From Eledone cirrhosa (Eukaryota), in assembly GCA_964016885.1 (NCBI GenBank), contig OZ024743.1:131254001-131318000 (forward strand): a DNA stretch of 64,000 bases, in the 5' to 3' direction. Positions 11,141 to 23,600 of the stretch are shown here, in pieces. Every line of letters starts with the position of its first letter. Positions within the stretch are counted from its first letter, which is position 1. The notes beneath the pieces are model-generated. The model made no database searches. It was not told the DNA's origin and saw nothing but the letters and a program-made list of their open reading frames with translations. Position numbers and translations under genes: made by a program.

Positions 11141-14100
11141 CTTGGTGTTAGGTGTTTGGTGCTTGGTGCTTGGTGTTTGGTGTTTGGTGCTTGGTGTTTG
11201 GTGTTTGGTGCTTGGTGTTTGGTGCTTGGTACTTGGTGCTTGGTGCTTGGTGTTAGGTGTTTGGTGCTTGGTGTTTGGTGTCTGGTTTTTGGTGCTTGGT
11301 GCTTGGTGTTTGGTGCTTGCTGCTGGCTGCTTGGTGTTTTGTGCCTGGTGATTGGTGCTTGGTGTTTGGTGCTTGGTGTTTGGTGTTTGGTGCTAGGTGC
11401 TTGGTGTTTGGTGCTTGGTGCTTGGTGTTTGTACTTGGTGCTTGGTGCTTGGTTCTTGGTGTTTGGTGCTTGGTGCTTGGTGTTTGGTGCTTGGTGCTTG
11501 GTGTTTGGTGCTTGGTGTTTGGTGCTTGGTGTTAGGTGTGTGGTGCTTGGTGCTTGGTGTTTGGTGTTTGGTGCTTGGTGTTTGGTGTTTGGTGTTATAT
11601 GCTTGGTGTTTGATGCTTGGTGCTTGGTGCTTGGTGTTTGGTGCTTGGTGTTTGATGCTTGGTGCTTGGTGCTTGGTGTTTGGTGCTTGGTGCTTGGTGT
11701 TTGGTGTTTGGTGCTTGGTGTTTGGTGTTTGGTGTTATATGCTTGGTGTTTGATGCTTGGTGCTTGGTGCTTGGTGTTTGGTGTTTGGTGTTTGTACTTG
11801 GTGCTTGGTGCTTGGTGCTTGGTGTTTGGTGCTTGGTGTTTGGTGCTTGGTGCTTGGTGCTTGGTGCTTGGTGCTTGGTGTTTGGTGGTTGGTGTTTGGT
11901 GCTTGGTGTTAGGTGTTTGGTGCTTGGTGCTTGGTGTTTGGTGTTTGGTGCTTGGTGTTTGGTGTTTGGTGCTTGGTGTTTGGTGCTTGGTACTTGGTGC
12001 TTGGTGCTTGGTGTTAGGTGTTTGGTGCTTGGTGTTTGGTGCTTGGTGTTTGGTGCTTGGTGCTTGGTGCTTGGTGCTTGGTGTTTGGTGGTTGGTGTTT
12101 GGTGCTTGGTGTTAGGTGTTTGGTGCTTGGTGCTTGGTGTTTGGTGTTTGGTGCTTGGTGTTTGGTGTTTGGTGCTTGGTGTTTGGTGCTTTTTGCTTGG
12201 TGCTTGGTGCTTGGTGCTTGTTGTTTGTTGCTTGGTTCTTGGTGTTTGGTGCTGGGTGCTTGGTGTTTGGTGTTTGGTGTTATATGCTTGGTGTTTGATG
12301 CTTGGTGCTTGGTGCTTGGTGTTTGGTGTTTGGTGCTTGGTGTTTGATGCTTGGTGCTTGGTGCTTGGTGTTTGGTGCTTGGTGCTTGGTGCTTGGTGTT
12401 TGGTGCTTGGTGTTTGGTGCTTGGTGTTTGGTGCTTGGTGCTTGGTGCTTGGTGTTTGGTGGTTGGTGCTTGGTGCTTGATGTTAGGTTTTTGGTGCTTG
12501 GTGCTTGGTGTTTGGTGCTTGGTGCTTGGTGTTTGGTGTTTGGTGTTTGGTGTTTGGTGCTTGGTACTTGGTGCTTGGTGCTTGGTGTTAGGTGTTTGGT
12601 GCTTGGTGTTTGGTGTCTGGTTTTTGGTGCTTGGTGCTTGGTGTTTGGTGCTTGCTGCTGACTGCTTGGTGTTTGGTGCTTGGTGATTGGTTCTTGGTGT
12701 TTGGTGCTTGGTGTTTGGTGTTTGGTGCTAGGTGCTTGGTGTTTGGTGCTTGGTGCTTGGTGTTTGTACTTGGTGCTTGGTGCTTGGTTCTTGGTGTTTG
12801 GTGCTTGGTGCTTGGTGTTTGGTGCTTGGTGCTTGGTGTTTGGTGCTTGGTGTTTGGTGCTTGGTGTTTGGTGCTTGGTGCTTGGTGCTTGGTGTTTGGT
12901 GCTTGGTGTATGGTGCTTGGTGTTAGGTGTTTGGTGCTTGGTGCTTGGTGTTAGGTGTTTGGTGCTTGGTATTTGGTGCTTGGTGTTTGGTGCTTGGTGC
13001 TTGGTGCTTGGTGCTTGGTGTTTGGTGGTTGGTGTTTGGTGCTTGGTGTTAGGTGTTTGGTGCTTGGTGCTTGGTGTTTGGTGTTTGGTGCTTGGTGTTT
13101 GGTGTTTGGTGCTTGGTGTTTGGTGCTTTTTGCTTGGTGCTTGGTACTTGGTGTTTGGTGCTGGGTGCTTGGTGTTTGGTGTTTGGTGTTATATGCTTGG
13201 TGTTTGATGCTTGGTGCTTGGTGCTTGGTGTTTGGTGTTTGGTGCTTGGTGTTTGATGCTTGGTGCTTGGTGCTTGGTGTTTGGTGCTTGGTGCTTGGTG
13301 CTTGGTGTTTGGTGCTTGGTGTTTGGTGCTTGGTATTTGTTGCTTGGTGCTTGGTGCTTGGTGTTTGGTGGTTGGTGCTTGGTGCTTGGTGTTAGGTGTT
13401 TGGTGCTTGGTGCTTGGTGTTTGGTGCTTGGTGTTTGGTGTTTGGTGTTTGGTGTTTGGTGCTTGGTACTTGGTGCTTGGTGCTTGGTGTTAGGTGTTTG
13501 GTGCTTGGTGTTTGGTGTCTGTTTTTTGGTGCTTGGTGCTTGGTGTTTGGTGCTTGCTGCTGGCTGCTTGGTGTTTGGTGCTTGTTGATTGGTGATTGGT
13601 GTTTGGTGCTAGGTGCTTGGTGTTTGGTGCTTGGTGCTTGGTGTTTGTACTTGGTGCTTGGTGCTTGGTTCTTGGTGTTTGGTGCTTGGTGCTTGGTGTT
13701 TGGTGCTTGGTGCTTGGTGTTTGGTGCTTGGTGTTTGGTGCTTGGTGTTTGGTGCTTGGTGCTTGGTGCTTGGTGTTTGGTGCTTGGTGTTTGGTGCTTG
13801 GTGTTAGGTGTTTGGTGCTTGGTGCTTGGTGTTAGGTGTTTGGTGCTTGGTGTTTGGTGCTTGGTGTTTGGTGCTTGGTGCTTGGTGCTTGGTGCTTGGT
13901 GTTTGGTGGTTGGTGTTTGGTGCTTGGTGTTAGGTGTTTGGTGCTTGGTGCTTGGTGTTTGGTGTTTGGTGCTTGGTGTTTGGTGTTTGGTGCTTGGTGT
14001 TTGGTGCTTTTTGCTTGGTGCTTGGTGCTTGGTGTTTGGTGCTTGGTGCTTGGTGTTTGGTGCTGGGTGCTTGGTGTTTGGTGTTTGGTGTTATATGCTT

Positions 14101-17100
14101 GGTGTTTGATGCTTGGTGCTTGGTGCTTGGTGTTTGGTGTTTGGTGCTTGGTGTTTGGTGCTTGGTGCTCGGTGTTTGGTGCTTGGTGCTTGGTGTTTGG
14201 TGCTTGGTGTTTGGTGCTTGGTGTTTGGTGGTTGGTGCTTGGTGCTTGGTGCTTGGTGCTTGGTGTTTGGTGGTTGGTGCTTGGTGCTTGGTGTTAGGTG
14301 TTTGGTGCTTGGTGCTTGGTGTTTGGTGTTTGGTGCTTGGTGTTTGGTGTTTGGTGCTTGGTGTTTGGTGCTTGGTACTTGGTGCTTGGTGCTTGGTGTT
14401 AGCTGTTTGGTGCTTGGTGTTTGGTGTCTGGTTTTTGGTGCTTGGTGCTTGGTGCTTAGTGTTTGGTGCTTGGTGCTTAGTGTTTGGTGCTAGGTGCTTG
14501 GTGTTTGGTGCTTGGTGCTTGGTGTTTGGTGCCTGGTGCTTGGTGTTTGGTGTTTGGTGTTTGGTGCTTGGTGCTTGGTGTTTGGTGTTTGCTGTTTGCT
14601 GTTTGTTGTTTGGTGTTTGCTGTTTGGTGTTTGGTGTTTGCTTTTTGGTGCTTGGTGTTTGATGCTTGGTGCTTGGTGCTTGGTGTTTGGTGCTTGGTGC
14701 TTGGTGTTTGGTGTTTGGTGCTTGGTGCTTGGTGTTTGGTGCTTGCTGCTGGCTGCTTGGTGTTTGGTGCTTGGTGATTGGTGCTTGGTGTTTGGTGCTT
14801 GGTGTTTGGTGTTTGGTGCTAGGTGCTTGGTGTTTGGTGCTTGGTGCTTGGTGTTTGTACTTGGTGCTTGGTGCTTGGTTCTTGGTGTTTGGTGCTTGGT
14901 GCTTGGTGTTTGGTGCTTGGTGCTTGGTGTTTGGTGCTTGGTGTTTGGTGCTTGGTGTTTGGTGTTTGGTGCTTGGTGCTTGGTGTTTGGTGCTTGGTGT
15001 TTGGTGCTTGGTGTTAGGTGTTTGGTGCTTGGTGCTTGGTGTTTGGTGTTTGGTGCTTGGCGTTTGGTGTTTGGTGTTATATGCTTGGTGTTTGATGCTT
15101 GGTGCTTGGTGCTTGGTGTTTGGTGCTTGGTGTTTGATGCTTGGTGCTTGGTGCTTGGTGTTTGGTGCTTGGTGCTTGGTGTTTGTACTTGGTGCTTGGT
15201 GCTTGGTTCTTGGTGTTTGGTGCTTGGTGCTTGGTGTTTGGTGTTTGGTGCTTGGTGTTTGGTGCTTGGTGTTTGGTGCTTGGTGTTTGGTGCTTGGTGC
15301 TTGGTGTTTGGTGTTTGGTGCTTGGTGTTTGGTGCTTGGTGTTTGGTGTTAGGTGTTTGGTGCTTGGTGTTTGGTGTTTGGTGCTTGGTGTTTGGTGCTT
15401 GGTGTTTGGTGCTTGGTGTTTGGTGCTTGGTACTTGGTGCTTGGTGCTTGGTGTTAGGTGTTTGGTGCTTGGTGCTTGGTGTTTGGTTTTTGGTGCTTGG
15501 TGCTTGGTGTTTGGTGTTTGGGGCTTGCTGCTGGCTGCTTGGTGTTTGATGCTTGGCGTTTGGTGTTTGGTGTTATATGCTTGGTGTTTGATGCTTGGTG
15601 CTTGGTGCTTGGTGTTTGGTGCTTGGTGTTTGATGCTTGGTGTTTGGTGCTTGGTGTTTGGTGCTTGGTACTTGGTGCTTGGTGCTTGGTGTTAGGTGTT
15701 TGGTGCTTGGTGCTTGGTGTTTGGTTTTTGGTGCTTGGTGCTTGGTGTTAGGTGTTTGGTGCTTGGTGCTTGGTGTTTGGTGTTTGGTGCTTGGCGTTTG
15801 GTGTTTGGTGTTATATGCTTGGTGTTTGATGCTTGGTGCTTGGTGCTTGGTGTTTGGTGCTTGGTGTTTGATGCTTGGTGCTTGGTGCTTGGTGTTTGGT
15901 GCTTGGTGCTTGGTGTTTGTACTTGGTGCTTGGTGCTTGGTTCTTGGTGTTTGGTGCTTGGTGCTTGGTGCTTGGTGTTTGGTGCTTGGTGCTTGGTGTT
16001 TGGTGCCTGGTGCTTGGTGCTTGGTGTTTGGTGTTTGGTGTTAGGTGCTTGATGCTTGGTGTTTGGTGCTTGGTGCTGGGTGGTTGGTGTTTAGTGCTTG
16101 GTGTTTGGTGCTGGGTGCTTGGTGTTTGGTGCTTGGTGCCTGGTCTTTGGTGCTTGGTGTTTGGTGTTTGGTGCTTGGTGCTTGGTGCTTGGTGTTTGGT
16201 GCTTGGTGCTTGGTGTTTGGTGCTTGGTGCTTAGTGTTTGGTGCTTGGTGCTTAGTGTTTGGTGCTAGGTGCTTGGTGTTTGGTGCTTGGTGCTTGGTGT
16301 TTGGTGCCTGGTGCTTGGTGTTTGGTGTTTGGTGTTTGGTGCTTGGTGCTTGGTGTTTGGTGTTTGCTGTTTGCTGTTTGTTGTTTGGTGTTTGCTGTTT
16401 GGTGTTTGGTGTTTGCTTTTTGGTGTTTGGTGTTTGCTGTATGTTGTTTGCTGTTTGGTGTTTGGTGTTCGGTGTTTCGTGCTTGGTGTTTGGTGCTTGG
16501 TGCTTGGTGTTTGGTGCCTGGTGCTTGGTGCTTGGTGCTTGGTGTTTGGTGTTTGGTGCTTGGTGCTTGGAGTTTGGTGTTTGGTGCTTGGTGCTTGGTG
16601 TTTCGTGTTTCGTGTTTGGTTTTTGGTGCTTGGTGCTTGGTGCTTGGTCCTTGGTGTTTGGTGTTTGCTGCTTGGTGTTTGATGCTTGGTGCTTGGTGCT
16701 TGGTGTTTTGTGTTTGGTGCTTGGTGCTTGGTGTTTGGTGCTTGGTGCTTGGTGCTTGGTGTTTGTACTTGGTGCTTGGTGTTTGGTTCTTGGTTCTTGG
16801 TGTTTGGTGTTTGGCGTTTGCTGTTTGGTGCTTGGTGCTTGGTGTTTGGTGCTTGGTGCTTGGTGTTTGGTGCCTGGTGCTTGGTGCTTGGTGTTTGGTG
16901 TTTGGTGCTTGGTGCTTGGTGCTTGGTGCTTGGAGTTTGGTGTTTGGTGCTTGGTGCTTTGTGTTTTGTGTTTGGTGTTTGGTTTTTGGTGCTTGGTGCT
17001 TGGTCCTTGGTGTTTGGTGCTGGGTGCTTTGTGTTTGGTGCTTGGTGCTTGGTGTTTGGTGTTTGCTGCTTGGTGTTTGATGCTTGGTGCTTGGTGCTTG

Positions 17101-20100
17101 GTGTTTTGTGTTTGGTGCTTGGTTCTTGGTGTATGGTGCTTGGTGCTTGGTACTTGGTGTTTGTACTTGGTGCTTGGTGCTTGGTGTTTGGTTCTTGGTT
17201 CTTGGTGTTTGGTACTTGGTGCTTCGTGCTTGATGTTTGGTGTTTGGTGCTTGGTGTTTGGTGCTTGGTGCTTGGTGCTTGGTGTTAGGTGTTTGGTGCT
17301 TGGTCTTTGGTGTTTGGTGCTTGGTGTTTGGTGTTTGCTATTTGGTGTTTGGTGTTTGGTGTTTGGTGTTTGCTGTTTGGTGTCTGCTTTTTGGTGTTCA
17401 GTGTTTGCTGTGTGGTGTTTGGTGTTTGCTGTTTGGTGTTTGGTCTTTGGTGCTTGTTGTTTGGTGCTTGGTGCTTGGTGTTTGGTGTTTGGTGCTTGGT
17501 GCTTGGTGTTTGGTGTTTGGTGCTTGGTGTTTGGTGTTTGGTGCTTGGTGTCTGGTGCTTGGTGTTTGGTTTTTGGTGCTTGGTGTTTGGTGTTTGGTGT
17601 TTGGTGTTTGGTGCTTGGTGCTTGGTGTTTGGTGTTTGGTGCTTGGTGTCTGGTGCTTGGTGCTTGGTGCTTGGTGCTTGGTGTTTGGTGTTTGGTGCTT
17701 GGTGTTTGGTGCTTGGTGCTGGGTGGTTGGTGTTTGGTGCTTGGTGTTTGGTGCTGGGTGCTTGGTGTTTGGTGCTGGGTGCTTGGTGTTTGGTGCTTGG
17801 TGCTTGGTCTTTGGTGCTTGGTGTTTGGTGCTTGGTGCTTGGTGCTTGGTGTTTGGTGCTTGGTGCTTGGTGTTTGGTGCTTGGTGCTTGGTGTTTGGTT
17901 TTTGGTGCTTGGTGCTTGGTGTTTGGTGTTTGGTGCTTGCTGCTGGCTGCTTGGTGTTTGATGCATGGTGATTGGTGCTTGGTGTTTGGTGCTTGGTGTT
18001 TGGTGTTTGATGCTTGGTGCTTGGTGCTTGGTGTTTGGTGCTTGGTGCTTGGTGTTTGGTGCTTGGTGCTTGGTGTTTGGTGCTTGGTGTTTGGTGCTTG
18101 GTGTTTGGTGCTTGGTGCTTGGTGCTTGGTGCTTAGTGTTTGGTGGTTGGTGCTTGGTGCTTGGTGTTAGGTGTTTGGTGCTTGGTGCTTGGTGTTTGGT
18201 GTTTGGTGCTTGGTGTTTGGTGTTTGGTGCTTGGTGTTTGGTGCTTGGTACTTGGTGCTTGGTGCTTGGTGTTAGGTGTTTGGTGCTTGGTGCTTGGTGT
18301 CTGGTTTTTGGTGCTTGGTGCTTGGTGTTTGGTGTTTGGTGCTTGCTGCTGGCTGCTTGGTGTTTGGTGCTTGGTGATTGGTGCTTGGTGTTTGGTGCTT
18401 GGTGTTTGGTGTTTGGTGCTTGGTGATTGGTGTTTGTACTTGGTGCTTGGTGCTTGGTTCTTGGTGTTTGGTGCTTGGTGCTTGGTGTTTGGTGTTATAT
18501 GCTTGGTGTTTGATGCTTGGCTTTTGGTGCTTGGTGTTTGGTGTTTGGTGTTTGATGCTTGGTGCTTGGTGTTTGGTGCTTGGTGCTTGGTGTTTGTACT
18601 TGGTGCTTGGTGCTTGGTGCTTGGTGTTTGGTGCTTGGTGCTTGGTGCTTGGTCCTTGGTGCTTGGTGTTTGGTGGTTGGTGTTTGGTGCTTGGTGTTAG
18701 GTGTTTGGTGCTTGGTGCTTGGTGTTTGGTGTTTGGTGCTTGGTGTTTGGTGTTTGGTGCTTGGTATTTGGTGCTTGGTACTTGGTGCTTGGTGCTTGGT
18801 GTTAGGTGTTTGTTGCTTGGTGTTTCGTGCTTGGTGTTTGGTGCTTGGTGCTTGGTGCTTGGTGCTTGGTGTTTGGTGCTTGGTGTTTGGTGCTTGGTGT
18901 TAGGTGTTTGGTGCTTGGTGCTTGGTGTTTGGTGTTTGGTGCTTGGTGTTTGGTGTTTGGTGCTTGGTGTTTGGTGCTTTTTGCTTGGTGCTTGGTGCTT
19001 GGTGTTTGGTGCTGGGTGCTTGGTGCTTGGTGTTTGGTGTTATATGCTTGGTGTTTGATGCTTGGTGCTTGGTGCTTGGTGTTTGGTGTTTGGTGCTTGG
19101 TGTTTGATGCTTGGTGCTTGGTGCTTGGTGTTTGGTGCTTGGTGCTTGGTGTTTGGTGCTTGGTGCTTGGTGTTTGGTGCTTGGTGTTTGGTGCTTGGTG
19201 TTTGGTGCTTGGTGCTTGGTGCTTGGTGCTTGGTGTTTGGTGGTTGGTGCTTGGTGCTTGGTGTTAGGTGTTTGGTGCTTGGTGCTTGGTGTCTGGTTTT
19301 TGGTGCTTGGTGCTTGGTGTTTGGTGCTTGTTGCTGGCTGCTTGGTGTTTGGTGCTTGGTGATTGGTGCTTGGTGTTTGGTGCTTGGTGTTTGGTGTTTG
19401 GTGCTTGGTGTTTGTACTTGGTGTTTGGTGCTTGGTGTTTGGTGCTAGGTGCTTGGTGTTTGGTGCTTGGTGCTTGGTGTTTGGTGCCTGGTGCTTGGTG
19501 TTTGGTGTTTGGTGTTTGGTGCTTGGTGCTTGGTGTTTGGTGTTTGCTGTTTGCTGTTTGGTGTTTGTTGTTTGGTGTTTGTTGTTTGGTGTTTGCTGTT
19601 TGGTGTTTGGTGTTTGCTTTTTGGTGTTTGGTGTTTGATGTATGTTGTTTGCTGTTTGGTGTTTGGTGTTTGGTGTTTGGTGCTTGGTGCTTGGTGTTTG
19701 GTGCTTGGTGCTTGGTGTTTGGTGCCTGGTGCTTGGTGTTTGGTGTTTGGTGCTTGGTGCTTGGAGTTTGGTGTTTTGTGCTTGGTGCTTGGTGTTTCGT
19801 GTTTCGTGTTTGGTGCTTGGTGCTTGGTGCTTGGTCTTTGGTGTTTGGTGCTGGGTGCATTGTGTTTGGTGCTTGGTGCTTGGTGCTTGGTGCTTGGTGT
19901 TTGGTGTTTGCTGCTTGGTGTTTGATGCTTGGTGCTTGGTGCTTGGTGTTTTGTGTTTGGTGCTTGGTGGTTGGTGCTTGGTGTTTGGTGCTTGGTGCTT
20001 GGTGCTTGGTGTTTTGTGTTTGGTGCTTGGTGCTTGGTGTTCGGTGCTTGATGCTGGGTGGTTGGTGTTTGGTGCTTGGTGTTTGGTGCTGGGTGCTTGG

Positions 20101-20289
20101 TGTTTGGTGCTGGGTGCTTGGTGTTTGGTGCTTGGTGCTTGGTGTTTGGTGCTTGGTGCTGGGTGGTTGGTGTTTGGTTCTTGGTGTTTGGTGCTGGGTG
20201 CTTGGTGTTTGGTGCTGGGTGCTTGGTGTTTGGTGCTTGGTGCTTGGTCTTTGGTGCTTGGTGTTTGGTGCTTGGTGCTTGGTGCTTGG

Positions 20290-20690
20290 TGTTTGGTGCT
20301 TGGTGCTTGGTGTTTGGTGCTTGGTGCTTGGTGTTTGGTTTTTGGTGCTTGGTGCTTGGTGTTTGGTGTTTGGTGCTTGCTGCTGGCTGCTTGGTGTTTG
20401 ATGCATGGTGATTGGTGCTTGGTGTTTGGTGCTTGGTGTTTGGTGTTTGATGCTTGGTGCTTGGTGCTTGGTGTTTGGTGCTTGGTGCTTGGTGTTTGGT
20501 GCTTGGTGCTTGGTGTTTGGTTTTTGGTGCTTGGTGCTTGGTGTTTGGTGTTTGGTGCTTGCTGCTGGCTGCTTGGTGTTTGATGCATGGTGATTGGTGC
20601 TTGGTGTTTGGTGCTTGGTGTTTGGTGTTTGATGCTTGGTGCTTGGTGCTTGGTGTTTGGTGCTTGGTGCTTGGTGTTTGGTGCTTGGTG
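20290..20690 (+). repeat. 182-bp (26-unit) tandem duplication
   Basis: TTGCTGC-TGGCTGC...TTGATGC-ATGGTGA occurs twice, with ATGCAT at 20401 and 20583. Confidence 0.88.
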
Positions 20691-23600
20691 CTTGGTGTTT
20701 GGTGCTTGGTGTTTGGTGCTTGGTGTTTGGTGCTTGGTGCTTGGTGCTTGGTGCTTGGTGTTTGGTGGTTGGTGCTTGGTGCTTGGTGTAAGGTGTTTGG
20801 TGCTTGGTGCTTGGTGTTTGGTGTTTGGTGCTTGGTGTTTGGTGTTTGGTGCTTGGTGTTTGTGCTTGGTACTTGGTGCTTGGTGCTTGGTGTTAGGTGT
20901 TTGGTGCTTGGTGCTTGGTGTCTGGTTTTTGGTGCTTGGTGCTTGGTGTTTGGTGTTTGGTGCTTGCTGCTGGCTGCTTGGTGTTTGGTGCTTGGTGATT
21001 GGTGCTTGGTGTTTGGTGCTTGGTGTTTGGTGTTTGGTGCTTGGTGATTGGTGTTTGTACTTGGTGCTTGGTGCTTGGTTCTTGGTGTTTGGTGCTTGGT
21101 GCTTGGTGTTTGGTGTTATATGCTTGGTGTTTGATGCTTGGTGCTTGGTGCTTGGTGTATGGTGTTTGGTGTTTGATGCTTGGTGCTTGGTGTTTGGTGC
21201 TTGGTGCTTGGTGTTTGTACTTGGTGCTTGGTGCTTGGTGCTTGGTGTTTGGTGCTTGGTGCTTGGTGCTTGGTCCTTGGTGCTTGGTGTTTGGTGGTTG
21301 GTGTTTGGTGCTTGGTGTTAGGTGTTTGGTGCTTGGTGCTTGGTGTTTGGTGTTTGGTGCTTGGTGTTTGGTGTTTGGTGCTTGGTATTTGGTGCTTGGT
21401 ACTTGGTGCTTGGTGCTTGGTGTTAGGTGTTTGGTGCTTGGTGTTTGGTGCTTGGTGTTTGGTGCTTGGTGTTTGGTGCTTGGTGTTAGGTGTTTGGTGC
21501 TTGGTGCTTGGTGTTTGGTGTTTGGTGCTTGGTGTTTGGTGTTTGGTGCTTGGTGTTTGGTGCTTTTTGCTTGGTGTTTGGTGCTGGGTGCTTGGTGCTT
21601 GGTGTTTGGTGTTATATGCTTGGTGTTTGATGCTTGGTGCTTGGTGTTTGGTGTTTGGTGCTTGGTGTTTGATGCTTGGTGCTTGGTGCTTGGTGTTTGG
21701 TGCTTGGTGCTTGGTGTTTGGTGCTTGGTGCTTGGTGTTTGGTGCTTGGTGTTTGGTGCTTGGTGTTTGGTGCTTGGTGCTTGGTGCTTGGTGCTTGGTG
21801 TTTGGTGGTTGGTGCTTGGTGCTTGGTGTTAGGTGTTTGGTGCTTGGTGCTTGGTGTCTGGTTTTTGGTGCTTGGTGCTTGGTGTTTGGTGCTTGTTGCT
21901 GGCTGCTTGGTGTTTGGTGCTTGGTGATTGGTGCTTGGTGTTTGGTGCTTGGTGTTTGGTGTTTGGTGCTTGGTGTTTGTACTTGGTGTTTGGTGCTTGG
22001 TGTTTGGTGCTAGGTGCTTGGTGTTTGGTGCTTGGTGCTTGGTGTTTGGTGCCTGGTGCTTGGTGTTTGGTGTTTGGTGTTTGGTGCTTGGTGCTTGGTG
22101 TTTGGTGTTTGCTGTTTGCTGTTTGGTGTTTGTTGTTTGGTGTTTGTTGTTTGGTATTTGCTGTTTGGTGTTTGGTGTTTGCTTTTTGGTGTTTGGTGTT
22201 TGATGTATGTTGTTTGCTGTTTGGTGTTTGGTGTTTGGTGCTTGGTGCTTGGTGTTTGGTGCTTGATGCTTGGTGTTTGGTGCCTGGTGCTTGGTGTTTG
22301 GTGTTTGGTGCTTGGTGCTTGGAGTTTGGTGTTTGGTGCTTGGTGCTTGGTGTTTCGTGTTTCGTGTTTGGTGATTGGTGCTTGGTGCTTGGTCCTTGGT
22401 GTTTGGTGCTGGGTGCATTGTGTTTGGTGCTTGGTGCTTGGTGCTTGGTGCTTGGTGTTTGGTGCTTGGTGCTTGGTGTTTAGTGCCTGGTGCTTGGTGT
22501 TTGGTGTTTGGTGCTTGGTGCTTGGAGTTTGGTGTTTGGTGCTTGGTGCTTGGTGTTTCGTGTTTCGTGTTTGGTGCTTGGTGCTTGGTGCTTGGTGGTT
22601 GGTGCTTGGTGTTTGGTGCTTGGTGCTTGGTGCTTGGTGTTTTGTGTTTGGTGCTTGGTGCTTGGTGTTTGGTGCTTGGTGCTGGGTGGTTGGTGTTTGG
22701 TGCTTGGTGTTTGGTGCTGGGTGCTTGGTGTTTGGTGCTGGGTGCTTGGTGTTTGGTGCTTGGTGCTTGGTGTTTGGTGCTTGGTGCTGGGTGGTTGGTG
22801 TTTGGTGCTTGGTGTTTGGTGCTGGGTGCTTGGTGTTTGGTGCTGGGTGCTTGGTGTTTGGTGCTTGGTGCTTGGTCTTTGGTGCTTGGTGTTTGGTGCT
22901 TGGTGCTTGGTGCTTGGTGTTTGGTGCTTGGTGCTTGGTGTTTGGTGCTTGGTGCTTGGTGTTTGGTTTTTGGTGCTTGGTGCTTGGTGTTTGGTGTTTG
23001 GTGCTTGCTGCTGGCTGCTTGGTGTTTGATGCATGGTGATTGGTGCTTGGTGTTTGGTGCTTGGTGTTTGGTGTTTTATGCTTGGTGCTTGGTGCTTGGT
23101 GTTTGGTGCTTGGTGCTTGGTGTTTGGTGCTTGGTGCTTGGTGTTTCGTGCTTGGTGTTTGGTGCTTGGTGTTTGGTGCTTGGTGCTTGGTGCTTGGTGC
23201 TTGGTGTTTGGTGGTTGGTGCTTGGTGCTTGGTGTTAGGTGTTTGGTGCTTGGTGCTTGGTGTTTGGTGTTTGGTGCTTGGTGTTTGGTGTTTGGTGCTT
23301 GGTGTTTGGTGCTTGGTACTTGGTGCTTGGTGCTTGGTGTTAGGTGTTTGGTGCTTGGTGCTTGGTGTCTGGTTTTTGGTGCTTGGTGCTTGGTGTTTGG
23401 TGTTTGGTGCTTGCTGCTGGCTGCTTGGTGTTTGGTGCTTGGTGATTGGTGCTTGGTGTTTGGTGCTTGGTGTTTGGTGTTTGGTGCTTGGTGATTGGTG
23501 TTTGTACTTGGTGCTTGGTGCTTGGTTCTTGGTGTTTGGTGCTTGGTGCTTGGTGTTTGGTGTTATATGCTTGGTGTTTGATGCTTGGTGCTTGGTGCTT

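Larger units (their letters stand above)
1..16040 (+). repeat. Satellite sub-domain L: patchwork of 0.1-1 kb variant modules
   Basis: Eight copies of the island TTGCTGT-CTGCTTT-TTGGTGT-TTAGTGT-TTGCTGT-ATGGTGT (~266, 1103, 4296, 5553, 7529, 8779, 9574, 9874). I found no TTGGAGT, tandem TTCGTGT-TTCGTGT or ATGCAT markers here; they first appear at ~16567, ~16602 and 17961. Confidence 0.75.

Noticed and set aside
16074-16083. Chi-like motif GCTGGGTGG (compare E. coli Chi GCTGGTGG)
   Set aside because: Not an exact Chi; it arises trivially from two substitutions in the heptamer, and there is no evidence for a RecBCD context.
16041-17966. Long minus-strand ORFs of TKHQAPS/TKHQTPN heptads (mucin-like or Pol II CTD-like)
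   Set aside because: The heptad is the arithmetic result of 3x7 nt. The ATG starts come from sporadic variants (ATGCAT, GTCAT), and similarity to YSPTSPS or mucins is only compositional.
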